64,000 nt of DNA from an uncultured Chloroflexia bacterium (GTDB lineage Bacteria; Chloroflexota; Dehalococcoidia; UBA2979), in NCBI GenBank assembly GCA_963728205.1, contig CAVSIV010000001.1:480001-544000 (forward strand), in the 5' to 3' direction. The translations under genes were made by a program, and so were the position numbers. The notes below the pieces were generated by a model. That model was not told where the DNA came from. It saw only the letters and a program-made list of their open reading frames with translations, and did not search any database. Every line of letters begins with the position of its first letter. The stretch's first letter is position 1. Positions 1 through 9,894 of this stretch are shown here, one piece after another.

Positions 1-331
1 CGTGCTGTGCTCGCCGCTGTCGCTGTTCGCAGTGCTCGCCGTGATCCGCCGGGCGGCCGACGCGCTGGCGTTCGAGCAGCACGCCGACGAGATCGTGCGC
101 GCGCTTGGCGCCTTCAGCGCCCAGTGGATCCGCTACCGCGACGCCATCGACACGGTGGCGCGGCGCCTCGACTCCGCGCAGAAGGCGCTCGACGACGTGC
201 GAGGCGTGCGCACGCGGCAGCTCGAGCGGCAGATGGATCGCGTGGAGCAGCTGCGGCTGGAGGCGGGCATCGAGCTGGACGCGGAGCCGCTGCCGGACGA
301 CGAGGAGCCCGCAAGCGTGGAGCCCGTCTAG
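1..331 (+). CDS. rmuC: DNA recombination protein RmuC, C-terminal part (5' truncated by window)
   Basis: 'LCSPLSLFAVLAVI...FSAQWIRYRDAIDTVARRLDSAQKALDDVRG.RTRQLER' matches the RmuC C-terminal pattern. Confidence 0.7.
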   Translation, partial: VLCSPLSLFAVLAVIRRAADALAFEQHADEIVRALGAFSAQWIRYRDAIDTVARRLDSAQKALDDVRGVRTRQLERQMDRVEQLRLEAGIELDAEPLPDDEEPASVEPV

Positions 332-537
332 GGGATGCGCCGGTCGCGCAGGCCCGGGAGCGGGGCGGCCAGCGGGTCCGCGGGCAGCGTGCTCTCGTCG
401 ACCAGCCCCTTCGGACGCCACGCACCCCCCTGAGCCTGAGCGATCGAGGTGCTAGCATGCCCGGCGGGTTCCGGGCAGGGCGCGCCCCGCGCCGTTCGAC
501 GTGCCCGCCCACCGCATCCGAGCACGGAAGAGGCCGT

Positions 538-1698
538 ATGAAGCTGCACGAGTACCAGGCGAAGGAACTGCTCGCCCGCTACGGGGTGCCGGTCCCGCAG
601 GGCCGCGTCGCACGCACGCCCGAGGAGGCCGAGGCGATCGCCTCCGAGCTGGGCGGCAAGGTCGTGGTGAAGGCGCAGGCGCACACCGGCGGCCGCGGCA
701 AGGGCGGCGGCGTGAAGCTCGCCAGCTCGCCGGCCGAGGCGAAGCAGGCGGCGTCCGAGATCCTCGGGATGCAGCTCGTCACCCACCAGACCGGGGCGGG
801 CGGGCTGCCGGTCTCCGCGGTGCTCGTGGAGGAGCAGATCGCGATCGACCGCGAGCTCTACCTCAGCGTGACGATCGACAACTCCGCGGGCATGCCGATC
901 GTGATCGCGTCGGCCGCCGGCGGCATGGACATCGAGCAGGTCGCCGAGGAGTCGCCGGAGCAGATTCACCGCCAGAACGTGCACCCGACGACCGGATTCA
1001 TGCCGTACCAGGCGCGCTCGCTCGCCTTCGCGACCGGGCTCACCGGGGACCTCATGGCAGGCGCCACGTCGGTCATGACCGCGCTGGTGAAGGCGTTCCA
1101 CGAGAACGACGGCTCGCTCGCCGAGATCAACCCGCTCGTCGTGACGAAGGACGGCCGCATCCTCGCCGCCGACGCGAAGTTCTCAGTCGACGACAACGCG
1201 GACTTCCGGCACAAGGACCTCGTCGCGCTGCGCGACACCTCGCAGGAGGACCCGCGGGAGGTCGAGGCGCACGCGGCCGGCATCCAGAACTACGTGAAGC
1301 TCGACGGCAATATCGGCTGCCTGGTCAACGGCGCCGGCCTCGCGATGGCGACGATGGATGCGATCAAGTTCGAGGGCGGCCAGCCCGCGAACTTCCTCGA
1401 CATCGGCACGGCGAACAGCGTCGACGCGGTGGTCGCGGCGCTGAAGATCATCGGCGCCGACCCCGAGGTGAAGGCGGTGCTCGTCAACATCTTCGGCGGG
1501 CTCGCGCGCACCGACATCATCGCCGAGGGCGTGGTGGCCGCGAAGCAGTCGGGCGCGATCACGCAGCCGACGGTCGTGCGGCTGGCCGGGACGAACGTCG
1601 AGGCGGGCCTGCGCATCCTCGACGAGTCGGGCATCGAGCTGGTGCGCGCGGACGGCTTCGCCGAGGCGGCGCGCAAGGCGGTCGAGGCCGCCGGCTAG
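538..1698 (+). CDS. sucC: Succinyl-CoA synthetase beta subunit
   Basis: MKLHEYQAKELL start, GGRGKGGGV, GCLVNGAGLAMATMD, PANFLD; RBS GAAGAGG before ATG 538. Confidence 0.97.
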   Translation: MKLHEYQAKELLARYGVPVPQGRVARTPEEAEAIASELGGKVVVKAQAHTGGRGKGGGVKLASSPAEAKQAASEILGMQLVTHQTGAGGLPVSAVLVEEQIAIDRELYLSVTIDNSAGMPIVIASAAGGMDIEQVAEESPEQIHRQNVHPTTGFMPYQARSLAFATGLTGDLMAGATSVMTALVKAFHENDGSLAEINPLVVTKDGRILAADAKFSVDDNADFRHKDLVALRDTSQEDPREVEAHAAGIQNYVKLDGNIGCLVNGAGLAMATMDAIKFEGGQPANFLDIGTANSVDAVVAALKIIGADPEVKAVLVNIFGGLARTDIIAEGVVAAKQSGAITQPTVVRLAGTNVEAGLRILDESGIELVRADGFAEAARKAVEAAG

Positions 1699-1755
1699 CC
1701 GCGCCGGGCGCCCGCACACACGAGACAGCGACTGCACGGGAGACGCGAGGCAGAC

Positions 1756-2637
1756 ATGGCCGTCCTGATGAACTCCGAGAGCCGGGTCGTGATCCAGGGC
1801 TTCGGCTCCGCGGGGCAGCGCGAGGCGATGACCTCGCGGACCTACGGCACGCAGGTCGTCGCGGGCGTCACGCCCGGGCGCGGCGGTCAGGAGATCGAAG
1901 GCTTCCCCATTCGCAACACGGTGCGCGACGCCGTCGACGAGTTCGCCGCCAACGTGTCACTGATCTTCGTACCGGCGGCCTTCGCGGCCGACGCAATCGT
2001 GGAGGCCGCCGACGCCGGCGTGCCGGTCGCGATCTGCATCACCGAGGGCATCCCGCCGCTCGACATGGTGAAGGTGAAGGCGTACCTGCGCTCGTCGGCG
2101 ACCACCCTGATCGGCCCGAACTGCCCCGGCGTGATCTCGCCGTCCGAGCGGGCGCGCGCCGGCATCATGCCGTACGACGTGTACCTCCCCGGCAACGTCG
2201 GCGTGATCTCGCGCTCGGGCACGCTCGTCTACGAGACCGTCGACCAACTCACGCGTCTCGGCATCGGCCAGTCCTCCAGCGTCGGCGTCGGCGGCGACCC
2301 AATCATCGGGACGACGCAGCGGCAGGCCCTGCAGATGTTCGAGGAGGACGAGGAGACGGCGGCCGTCGTGATGATCGGCGAGATCGGCGGCACGGCCGAG
2401 CAGGAGGCCGCGGAGTACATCAAGCAGATGTCGAAGCCGGTGGTCGCATTCATCGCTGGCGCGACGGCGCCGCCGGGACGCCGCATGGGGCACGCCGGCG
2501 CGATCATCGCCGGCAAGGCGGGGACGGCGCAGGCGAAGCAGTCAGCGCTGATGGAGGCCGGCGCGACGGTGGTCCAGTCGCCGTCGACGATCGGCGAGAC
2601 GATGCAGCGGGTGCTGAAGGAGCGCGGACTGGCCTAG
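1756..2637 (+). CDS. sucD: Succinyl-CoA synthetase alpha subunit
   Basis: [35 protein letters not shown] (phospho-His); follows sucC. Confidence 0.97.
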   Translation: MAVLMNSESRVVIQGFGSAGQREAMTSRTYGTQVVAGVTPGRGGQEIEGFPIRNTVRDAVDEFAANVSLIFVPAAFAADAIVEAADAGVPVAICITEGIPPLDMVKVKAYLRSSATTLIGPNCPGVISPSERARAGIMPYDVYLPGNVGVISRSGTLVYETVDQLTRLGIGQSSSVGVGGDPIIGTTQRQALQMFEEDEETAAVVMIGEIGGTAEQEAAEYIKQMSKPVVAFIAGATAPPGRRMGHAGAIIAGKAGTAQAKQSALMEAGATVVQSPSTIGETMQRVLKERGLA

Positions 2638-2713
2638 CCCCGGCGCGGGGCAGGCGGGCCAAACGCGCGCCCGGCCGACCACGCGGCCGGGCGGCGCGGC
2701 GGCGTGGCGGAGA

Positions 2714-2872
2714 TTACGCCTCGGCCGGTTCCAGGTACTTCTTCGGGTTGCCGATGAAGCGGTTGCGGCAGCCCATGTCGTTGAAGTAGTACCACGCACC
2801 GTCGTGGTTCCACTTCAGGCCCTTCTCCGAGTCGAAGCTCTTCCCGCACACCATGCAGGTCTGCTCGGACAT
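2714..2872 (-). CDS. Small YHS/TRASH-domain protein (52 aa)
   Basis: MSEQTCMVCGKSF...GAWYYFNDMGCRNRFIGNPKKYL; RBS AAGGGGGAG. Confidence 0.8.
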   Translation of the reverse strand: MSEQTCMVCGKSFDSEKGLKWNHDGAWYYFNDMGCRNRFIGNPKKYLEPAEA

Positions 2873-2969
2873 CTGCTCCCCCTTGCTTGCCACCACGTGA
2901 GCGACCCGGATTATACGACGCATGTCATCTGTGCTTGCGGCGCCGTTCACAATCGCCGCGCCGAAGCGA

Positions 2970-3338
2970 TCAGCGTGCCGCGGCGGAATGTTCGCGGATG
3001 AGCGCGGCGAGCAGGCTGCGGTGGCAGCGCTCGTTCGGGTGCGACCCGCACAACAGGGTGACGCCTGTCGACACTGCCATGCGCGCGACCCACTCGACGA
3101 GCCCGGACCGCCCCGCCATCTCCGCGCGGTAGCGACGCGCGAAGTCGTCCCACTCGATGCGGTCGCGCTGAAAGTCGTCGAGAAGGTCGGGGGACGGGCC
3201 GAGGTCCCGTTCCCACTGGTCGACCGCACCCTTCTTCACGCCGCGCGGCCAGCGGCGCATCACGAGCACGCGCGGGTACGGCTCGTCGGGCGGGTGATAC
3301 ACCGAGCCCGTTGCGATGCGGATCTCCGGCCCGCCCAC
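2970..3338 (-). CDS. DUF488-family protein
   Basis: RVLVMRRWPRGVKK, DLGPSPDL, WDDFARRYRAEM, VTLLC...CHRSLL; GTG start just after the upstream stop. Confidence 0.85.
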   Translation of the reverse strand: MGGPEIRIATGSVYHPPDEPYPRVLVMRRWPRGVKKGAVDQWERDLGPSPDLLDDFQRDRIEWDDFARRYRAEMAGRSGLVEWVARMAVSTGVTLLCGSHPNERCHRSLLAALIREHSAAAR

Positions 3339-3339
3339 G

Positions 3340-4377
3340 TCAGGCTCCGGCGGCGGGGACGGCGGCGCCCACATGCGCCAGCTGTCCCGGGAGCCCGAGG
3401 TCCGGAGCGCCGGCGAGCGACGCGATCGCCGCGAGCTCACCGCTGTGCGCGAAGAGGTGTGCGGCGGTCCACGCCGCGCCGATCGCGTCGGTTGCGTCCA
3501 CCGCCCCGTCGCCGCTGCCGATCGCGGCGATGTGTTCCTCGCTGCGCGCGCACACGCGACGGTAGGCGTCGAGCGCGTCATCGAAGTCGCACGCCGGAGC
3601 CGGCTCGCCCGGCGGGACATCCTCCAGGCGCAGTGCCCGGAGCCAGGCGTCGCGTTCCCGGCCCTGCACGCGCTCGTTCCAGAACAGGTCCTGCGTGAGC
3701 GCGGCGTGGGCGACGACGAGCGAGCCGGCGCTCAGACGAGGCGCGAACAGCGCTCCATAGGCGGGGCGCGGGACGACGCGGGCGACGCGCTCGAGTTCGC
3801 CGCGGGCATCCCGTGCAAGCGCGACCAGCGGCGCGATGGCCTCCACGATCGCTCCGGCATCGGCTGCGGCACGAGTGCGCGTGAGCGCGCCCGGGAGACC
3901 GAGGTCGCCGGCGCCGACGAGCGATGCCACCACGGTGAGCTCGCCGGCGTGCACGAACACGTGCGCCGCGGTGCGCGCGACGAGGTACGCAGCGGGAACG
4001 ACCGGCCAGCGCGGCCCGGGATCCGCCGGCTGAGCGAGCTCGACCGGGCCCGCGGACTCGAGATACGGCCGGCTTCGCTCGGCGAGGCGCCGGAACGCCG
4101 TGCACGCTTCATCGAGATCGACCGGCACGGCAGTGCCGGGCTCAGCCGCGCGCTGTCGGCCCGTGAGATCCGCGCACCAGTCGTCGGCAGACAGCTGCCG
4201 GCAGAACACGTTCAGCCACGCGTCACAGCCGGCGGCCAGATGCCCGATCGCCCACGCGGGTGCGTTCAGCCGCCCGAGGCGGCGGTGCCGGCCGGGCGCG
4301 GGGAGCGCGTCGATCGCGCGCTCGAACTCGTCGAACGCGTCGAGCACGAGGGCACCGAGGAGCGTGCGCGCAGGCAT
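3340..4377 (-). CDS. Tandem DinB/YfiT-superfamily four-helix-bundle protein
   Basis: Internal duplication: W.IGHLA...HVFVHAGEL and VVAHAA...HLFAHSGEL (His metal ligands); -10 TAGACT 6 nt before ATG. Confidence 0.7.
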   Translation of the reverse strand: MPARTLLGALVLDAFDEFERAIDALPAPGRHRRLGRLNAPAWAIGHLAAGCDAWLNVFCRQLSADDWCADLTGRQRAAEPGTAVPVDLDEACTAFRRLAERSRPYLESAGPVELAQPADPGPRWPVVPAAYLVARTAAHVFVHAGELTVVASLVGAGDLGLPGALTRTRAAADAGAIVEAIAPLVALARDARGELERVARVVPRPAYGALFAPRLSAGSLVVAHAALTQDLFWNERVQGRERDAWLRALRLEDVPPGEPAPACDFDDALDAYRRVCARSEEHIAAIGSGDGAVDATDAIGAAWTAAHLFAHSGELAAIASLAGAPDLGLPGQLAHVGAAVPAAGA

Positions 4378-4426
4378 GCGCGGAGTCTATGTGCTGCAGC
4401 GGCTCGCGGTGATGATGGACGACAGG

Positions 4427-4594
4427 CTACGCCGCGCGTCGCCTGCGTTCGGGCGGGGCCAGGTGCGGGAACCGCGTGGGCGTGAGCACCGGCCCGGTGT
4501 CGCGCCCGACCACCAGCGCACCGGTCAGCCACTGCTGGACGAGCAGGACGCTTGCGCCGCCGAGGATGAGGCCGAGCACGATCGCGAACAGCAT
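4427..4594 (-). CDS. 55-aa single-pass membrane microprotein, probably LexA-regulated (not in ORF track)
   Basis: MLFAIVLGLILGGASVLLVQQWLTGALVVGRDTGPVLTPTRFPHLAPPERRRRAA*; purine-rich RBS GGGGG, GC3-rich codons, dedicated promoter upstream. Confidence 0.7.
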   Translation of the reverse strand: MLFAIVLGLILGGASVLLVQQWLTGALVVGRDTGPVLTPTRFPHLAPPERRRRAA

Positions 4595-4624
4595 GTGTTG
4601 CCCCCGTTCCGCCGCACGTCGAAT

Positions 4625-4681
4625 AGAACGTGCGTTCGTTCCGAACGGGACGACAGTAGAACGCGTGTGCTATGCCGTCAA
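4625..4681 (-). promoter_or_regulatory. Sigma70-type promoter with two LexA (SOS) boxes
   Basis: -35 TTGACG (4676-4681), 17 nt, -10 TACTGT (4653-4658); AGAACGTGCGTTCG (4625-4638, perfect GAAC-N4-GTTC) and AGAACGCGTGTGCT (4658-4671, 1 mismatch, in the promoter spacer). Confidence 0.8.
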
Positions 4682-4769
4682 GAGGGGGAGCGGGGAGGGG
4701 AGGCAGAGCAGAGCGGAGCCGGAGGGGGCGGAAGTCGCGGCGCGAGCGAGCCCGGGCAGGGGGCCGACT

Positions 4770-4835
4770 GGAGCAGGGGCGGAGCAGGGACGGAGCAGGG
4801 GCGGAGCAGGGGCGGAGCAGGGATGGGGCAGGGGC
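4770..4835 (+). repeat. 11-bp tandem repeat (GGAGCAGGGGC) x6
   Basis: Units at 4770, 4781, 4792, 4803, 4814, 4825 with minor variants. Confidence 0.9.
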
Positions 4836-4868
4836 GCGCGGTGGAGACCACGGGCTGAGGGCGGCATC

Positions 4869-6206
4869 TCAGCCAGCTGACGCCGGACCGTTCGCCGTGA
4901 TGCTCGATCTGCCGCGGAGGTACGGACGCAGGACGCCGGGGATCTCTACCGAGCCATCTTCGAGCTGGTAGGTCTCGAGCAGGCCGGCGACGGTCCGCGG
5001 CAGCGCGAGGCCCGAGCCGTTGAGCGTGTGCATGTGGTGGATGCGGCCCTCGGCGTCGCGATAGCGGAGGTTCGCGCGGCGGCCCTGGAACGCCTCGAAG
5101 TTCGACACCGACGACACCTCGAGCCACTCGCGGGCGCCGGGCGCCCAGACCTCGATGTCATAGGTCATCGCCGAGGAGAACGTGAGGTCGCCCATCGCGA
5201 GGCGCAGCACGCGGTAGCGCAGGCCGAGCAGCCGCACGATCTCGAGCGCGTCGTCGAGCAGCCGGTCGAGCGCGGCCCACGACGCGTCCTCCGTCTCGAA
5301 CCGCACCATCTCGACCTTGTCGAACTGGTAGAGACGCTTGATGCCGCGGGTCGCCGCGCCGGCGCTGAACTGCTCGCGGCGGAAGCTCGGTGCGTACGCC
5401 GTGTAGCGCATCGGCAGCTCGACGGCGTCGATGATCTCGTCGCGGTAGAGGTTGGTGACGGGGACCTCGGCCGTCGGGTTGAGCCAGAGATCGGTGTCCT
5501 CGAGATGGAACATCGTGTTCGCGAACTTGGGGAGCTGCCCGGTGCCGACGAGCATCTCCTCCTTCACGACGGCCGGGGGGTAGATCTCCTCGTACCCCTG
5601 CTCGCGGTGCACCTCGAGCATCCACCCGATCAGCGCGCGCTGCAGCCGTGCGCCGTCGCCGCGCAGCACGAGGAAGTGCGCCCCGGCGATCTTCGCCGCT
5701 CGCTCGGCGTCGATGATGCCGAGTGCCTCGCCGATCTCCCAGTGCGGCCGCAGCGAAGCCGGTGTCGCGGGCGTCGGGTACGCCTGCATCGGCACCGGCG
5801 TCTCGAGGCGACGCTCCTCGCCGGTCGCGCCGTCGCCCTCGATCACGACGACGGAGTCGGCCTCGCCGCCGAGCGGGACGTCCGGGTGCGGCAGGTTCGG
5901 GATCTCGAGCAGGAGCGCGTTCAGCCGCTCGTCGACCTCGCGCAGGTCGTTCTCCATCGCATCGAGCCGGCCGGCGACGGCACGCTGCTCGTCGATCAGC
6001 TGCTGGCGCTCCTCGGGGCTCTTCGCCGCGCCGATCGCCTTGCCGGCGCGGTTGCGGTCCGCGCGGCGCGACTCGACGTCCGCGAGCAGCTCGCGGCGGC
6101 GATCGTCGAGCTCGAGGATGGCGTCGAGCGGCGCGTCGACGCCGCGCGCGGCGAGTGAGCGGCGCACGTCGTCGAGGCGCTCACGGATGATCGGCAGCGA
6201 GAGCAT
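4869..6206 (-). CDS. serS: Serine--tRNA ligase
   Basis: N-terminal coiled coil, IPNLPH, LNPTAEVP, SFRRE, QFDKVE, EVSSVSN, HTLNGSGLA. Confidence 0.97.
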   Translation of the reverse strand: MLSLPIIRERLDDVRRSLAARGVDAPLDAILELDDRRRELLADVESRRADRNRAGKAIGAAKSPEERQQLIDEQRAVAGRLDAMENDLREVDERLNALLLEIPNLPHPDVPLGGEADSVVVIEGDGATGEERRLETPVPMQAYPTPATPASLRPHWEIGEALGIIDAERAAKIAGAHFLVLRGDGARLQRALIGWMLEVHREQGYEEIYPPAVVKEEMLVGTGQLPKFANTMFHLEDTDLWLNPTAEVPVTNLYRDEIIDAVELPMRYTAYAPSFRREQFSAGAATRGIKRLYQFDKVEMVRFETEDASWAALDRLLDDALEIVRLLGLRYRVLRLAMGDLTFSSAMTYDIEVWAPGAREWLEVSSVSNFEAFQGRRANLRYRDAEGRIHHMHTLNGSGLALPRTVAGLLETYQLEDGSVEIPGVLRPYLRGRSSITANGPASAG

Positions 6207-6208
6207 GC

Positions 6209-6745
6209 TCAGCCCGTTCCTGTTCGTGCGTGCGCCCGCGGCCATGGTGTGGCCTCGCGAGCGGCGGCGATGGCGGCGAACGCCAGCTCGCGCACGTCGT
6301 CCGGGACCGGCGCGCTGTGCCCGCTGCGTTCGTCGGTGAGGACCGGGTTGTCGCGCAAGGTCGCTTCGTCGACCCACAGCCAGTCCTGGTCGTCCGACGC
6401 GGCGGCGGCTGCGGCGTCGGACGCGAACGGCAGCGTGAAGTAGATGAGATCGATGTGCTGATGGTGCTCGGGCAGCGAGCGATCGCCGTGCTGGAGGTCG
6501 TACAGCGCCATCGCCGCAGGGGCCGGCAGGCGCGCTGGGTGGAGGTACCCGAAGTGCGGGCCGGTCTCGAGGACTGCGACGTCGAGCCCGGTCTCCTCGC
6601 GGACCTCGCGGAGCACCGCCTGGTAGGGGTCCTCGTTCGGCTCGACGTGTCCGCCGGGCGGAAGCCAGCGGCCGAGGCGGTGCCAGTGCAGGGCCGTGCG
6701 GCCGTCCTGCGAGACGAAGCCGGTCACCGTGAAGTGGCGCTGCAT
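6209..6745 (-). CDS. NUDIX hydrolase
   Basis: Nudix box GGHVEPNEDPYQAVLREVREETGL; RHFTVT...HQHIDLIY. Confidence 0.9.
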   Translation of the reverse strand: MQRHFTVTGFVSQDGRTALHWHRLGRWLPPGGHVEPNEDPYQAVLREVREETGLDVAVLETGPHFGYLHPARLPAPAAMALYDLQHGDRSLPEHHQHIDLIYFTLPFASDAAAAAASDDQDWLWVDEATLRDNPVLTDERSGHSAPVPDDVRELAFAAIAAAREATPWPRAHARTGTG

Positions 6746-6769
6746 GGTGGCCGAGCCTAGCACGGGCGC

Positions 6770-6900
6770 CCGGCAGGGGCTCCCGCCCCGGCACGCGGCC
6801 GGCTGGTCCCGCCCCGGCACGCGGCCGGCAGGGGCTCCCGCCCCGGCACGCGGCCGGCTGGTCCCGCTCGGACGCGGCCGGCTTCAGGCCGGCCGTGTGC
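6770..6900. repeat. Tandem GC-rich repeat (TCCCGCCCCGGCACGCGGCCGGC x3 plus a degenerate copy) ending in a hairpin
   Basis: Copies at 6781, 6807, 6836, degenerate at ~6862; terminal CGGCCGGC-TTCAG-GCCGGCCG palindrome. Confidence 0.8.
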
Positions 6901-7063
6901 CGCGAGTGTCTCACGAACCCGCAGGTGTCCACCTCCCACGGGCAGCGGCTCTCGCTGCACACGGTCGGCCCGAAGCCGACCGCGCGCTCCGACCCGAGCA
7001 CGCATGACAGGCTGGCGCGGCGTTCCTAGAATGCCGCCCACGAGACGACCGATAAGGAATGTC

Positions 7064-8293
7064 ATGGACGGCCCACTGACCGGCGTTCGCGTGCTCGACC
7101 TCACCGGCTACATCGCCGGGCCATGGTGCGCCCGCATGCTCGCGGGCTTCGGCGCCGACGTGATCAAGGTCGAGCGCCCCGGAGGCGACCCCGCGCGCCA
7201 GTGGGGACCGTTCGCCTCCGGAGCGCCCGACCTCGAGACCGGCGCGTTCCACCTTTACCTCGACCAGACGAAGCGCTCCGTGGTACTCGACCTCGAGACC
7301 GCGGACGGCCGTGAGGCGCTCGGCGCGCTGATCGGCCGTGCCGATGTCCTGCTCGAGTCGTACCGGCCGGGGACGATGGAGCGCTGGGGCTTCGGCTACG
7401 AGCAGGTCGCGCGTGACCACCCGGAGTTGCTCTACGTCTCGATCACCGACTTCGGCCAGGACGGGCCGTATCGCGATCACGCCGCGTGGGAGATCACGAC
7501 GTACGCCCTCGGCGGGCTCATGTACCTGAACGGCGAGCCCGACCGCGAGCCGATCAAGAACGGGGGCTACCTCGGCTCGTACAACGCCGGCCACAACGCG
7601 TTCAACGCGACGCTGGTCGGATTGTGGGAGCGCGGTGCATCGGGGCGCGGGCAGCACATCGACATCTCGATCCACGAGTGCGTCGCGTCGCTGCTCGAGC
7701 ACTTCGACATGGGCTGGATCTACGCCGGCCGCATCATCCCGCGCAGTGGCAACGGCGCGCGGGCGGCATGGGGTGTGTACCCCGCCGCCGACGGCTTCGT
7801 CGGCGTCGTCTCCGGCCCGCCGCGGCGCTGGGCGCGCATCGCGGAGCTCGTCGAGAACCCGGACCTCGCCGGCGAGCGCTACCTCGCCCGCGGCGCGCAG
7901 ACGACGCTGCGCGACGAGATCGACGCGCTGATGCTGCCGTACCTCGTGACGCACGAGAAGGAGGAGACGTACCACCGCGCGCAGGCAATGGGTCTCCCGT
8001 TCGGGTTCGTCGCCACGCCCGAGGACTTCTTCCGCTCCGAGCAGATCGCCTACCGCGAGTTCTTCCGCGCGATCGACCACCCGCTGGCCGGCTCCGTCCG
8101 CTACCCGACGATGGCCGCGCACTTCTCGGATGGCCTGTGGGAGCAGCGCCGAGCGCCGCTGCTCGGCGAGCACACCGAGGAGGTGCTGCGCGAGGTCCTC
8201 GGGTGGTCCGCCGGCCGCATCGCGCCCGCCGCCGGCGGCGCCGCCGGCGCCGCCCTGCCCGCGGCGCGCGGCGCGGACGGAGGTGCGGCGTGA
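7064..8293 (+). CDS. CaiB/BaiF (family III) CoA-transferase, subunit lacking the catalytic Asp (BbsE-like)
   Basis: GPLTGVRVLDL, GADVIKVE, KRSVVLDL, APLLGEHT; 'GYLGSYNAG' at the catalytic Asp position. Confidence 0.9.
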   Translation: MDGPLTGVRVLDLTGYIAGPWCARMLAGFGADVIKVERPGGDPARQWGPFASGAPDLETGAFHLYLDQTKRSVVLDLETADGREALGALIGRADVLLESYRPGTMERWGFGYEQVARDHPELLYVSITDFGQDGPYRDHAAWEITTYALGGLMYLNGEPDREPIKNGGYLGSYNAGHNAFNATLVGLWERGASGRGQHIDISIHECVASLLEHFDMGWIYAGRIIPRSGNGARAAWGVYPAADGFVGVVSGPPRRWARIAELVENPDLAGERYLARGAQTTLRDEIDALMLPYLVTHEKEETYHRAQAMGLPFGFVATPEDFFRSEQIAYREFFRAIDHPLAGSVRYPTMAAHFSDGLWEQRRAPLLGEHTEEVLREVLGWSAGRIAPAAGGAAGAALPAARGADGGAA

Positions 8294-9627
8294 GCCCGCA
8301 GGACGCGACGCGCGACTGGGGGGCGGTCGTCCCCGAGCGGCGCGGACCGCTCGCCGACGTCACGGTGCTCGACCTGTCGATGGTGTGGGCCGGTCCGTAC
8401 GCGACGAAGCTGCTGGCCGACATGGGCGCGCGCGTGATCAAGCTCGAGGTGAACAGCCACCTCGACTCCGTGCGCGGCCAGGTGCTGGTCGAGCCGGACA
8501 GCCCGATCGGCGTCTACCCCGCGGACGGGCCGGGCGACGAGCCGTGGAACCGCTCGGGCTACTTCAACAAGCTGAACCGCAACAAGCTCGGGCTGTGCAT
8601 GAACATCCTCGAGCCGCTCGGCCGCACGGTGTTCATGGAGCTGGCCGCGATGGCCGACGTCGTGATCGAGAACTTCGGCGGCGGCGTCTTCGAGCGCATG
8701 GGCTACGGCTACGACGTGATCCGCGAGGCGAACCCGGACGTCGTGATGGTGTCGATGCCGCCGAGCGGGAACGGCGGGCCCGAGGGCAACTACGTCGGCT
8801 ACGGCGTCGCGATCGAGCAGCTGGGCGGCATCGTGCACCGCACCGGCTACCCCGGCGAGATCCCGATGAAGAGCGGCATCAACTACGGCGACCCGATCGC
8901 CGGCATCCACACGATGGGCTACATCATGGCCGCGCTGCTGCACCGCCGGCGCACCGGCCGCGGATCGTTCATCGACGTGTCGCAGCGCGAGGCGTCGATC
9001 ATGTGGCTCGGCGAGGACGTGGTCGCCTACGAGACGACGGGCCGCATCCCGGAGCGCATCGGCAACCGCGACGAGCACATGGCGCCGTCGGGCGCGTACC
9101 CGTGTTCGGGCGAAGACGCGTGGGTGGCGCTGGCCGTGGGTTCGCTGGACGAATGGCGCGGGCTGGCCGCCGCGATCGGGCACCCGGAACTGGCGAACGA
9201 CCCGGCGTACGCGAGCGTCGTGGGGCGGCGCGAGCGGCACGAGGCGATCGACGCGCTGATCGGCGCGTGGACGCGCGAGCGCACGCCGGACGAGGCGATG
9301 GCGGGGCTGCAGCGGCACGGCGTCGCCGCGGGGACGGTCGCCGACGAGCGCCGGCTCGTCGAGGACCCGCACCTGCGGGCGCGCGGGTTCTGGCCGGAGG
9401 TCGAACACGCGAACGTCGGCCGCCACACGATCGCCGGCGTGTCGTGGCACTTCAGCCGCACGCCCGGCGCCGTGCAGACGGCGGCCCCGACGCTGGGCCA
9501 GCACACGGACTACGTGCTCCGCGAGATTCTCGGCAAGAGCGACGAGGAGATCGCGTTGCTGCGTCGCGCCGGCGTACTGGAGTCGACGCCGGTCGAGATC
9601 CTCGCGCAGCGCGACGGAAACGGCTAG
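8290..9627 (+). CDS. CaiB/BaiF CoA-transferase, catalytic subunit (BbsF-like)
   Basis: VLDLSMVWAGP, LNRNK, VIENF, INYGDPIAG (catalytic Asp), APTLGQHT; GTGA overlap with upstream gene. Confidence 0.92.
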   Translation: MSPQDATRDWGAVVPERRGPLADVTVLDLSMVWAGPYATKLLADMGARVIKLEVNSHLDSVRGQVLVEPDSPIGVYPADGPGDEPWNRSGYFNKLNRNKLGLCMNILEPLGRTVFMELAAMADVVIENFGGGVFERMGYGYDVIREANPDVVMVSMPPSGNGGPEGNYVGYGVAIEQLGGIVHRTGYPGEIPMKSGINYGDPIAGIHTMGYIMAALLHRRRTGRGSFIDVSQREASIMWLGEDVVAYETTGRIPERIGNRDEHMAPSGAYPCSGEDAWVALAVGSLDEWRGLAAAIGHPELANDPAYASVVGRRERHEAIDALIGAWTRERTPDEAMAGLQRHGVAAGTVADERRLVEDPHLRARGFWPEVEHANVGRHTIAGVSWHFSRTPGAVQTAAPTLGQHTDYVLREILGKSDEEIALLRRAGVLESTPVEILAQRDGNG

Positions 9628-9894
9628 CCAGGCGAGCAGGGGCAGGCGCCCGCTGTTTCGGCCACGTGCGCCGAGGACGTCCCTCTGCGGCGACGGGGTG
9701 CCGCCCGGCGCACGCACGGTGAGGACGCGGCTCGGCGTCCGGTTGCCATCGCCCGTCGCGGGTGACCGGTGACAGCCAGCGCATGCCCCTGCTCGCCGTG
9801 GCGCTGGCCTTCCCCGCACGCCACGCGCTCGACCGTAGCGGCCCGCTCGCGTTCGATCGGCGCCGACCCGCAGGCCGATCGAAGCGAGGCGCAG

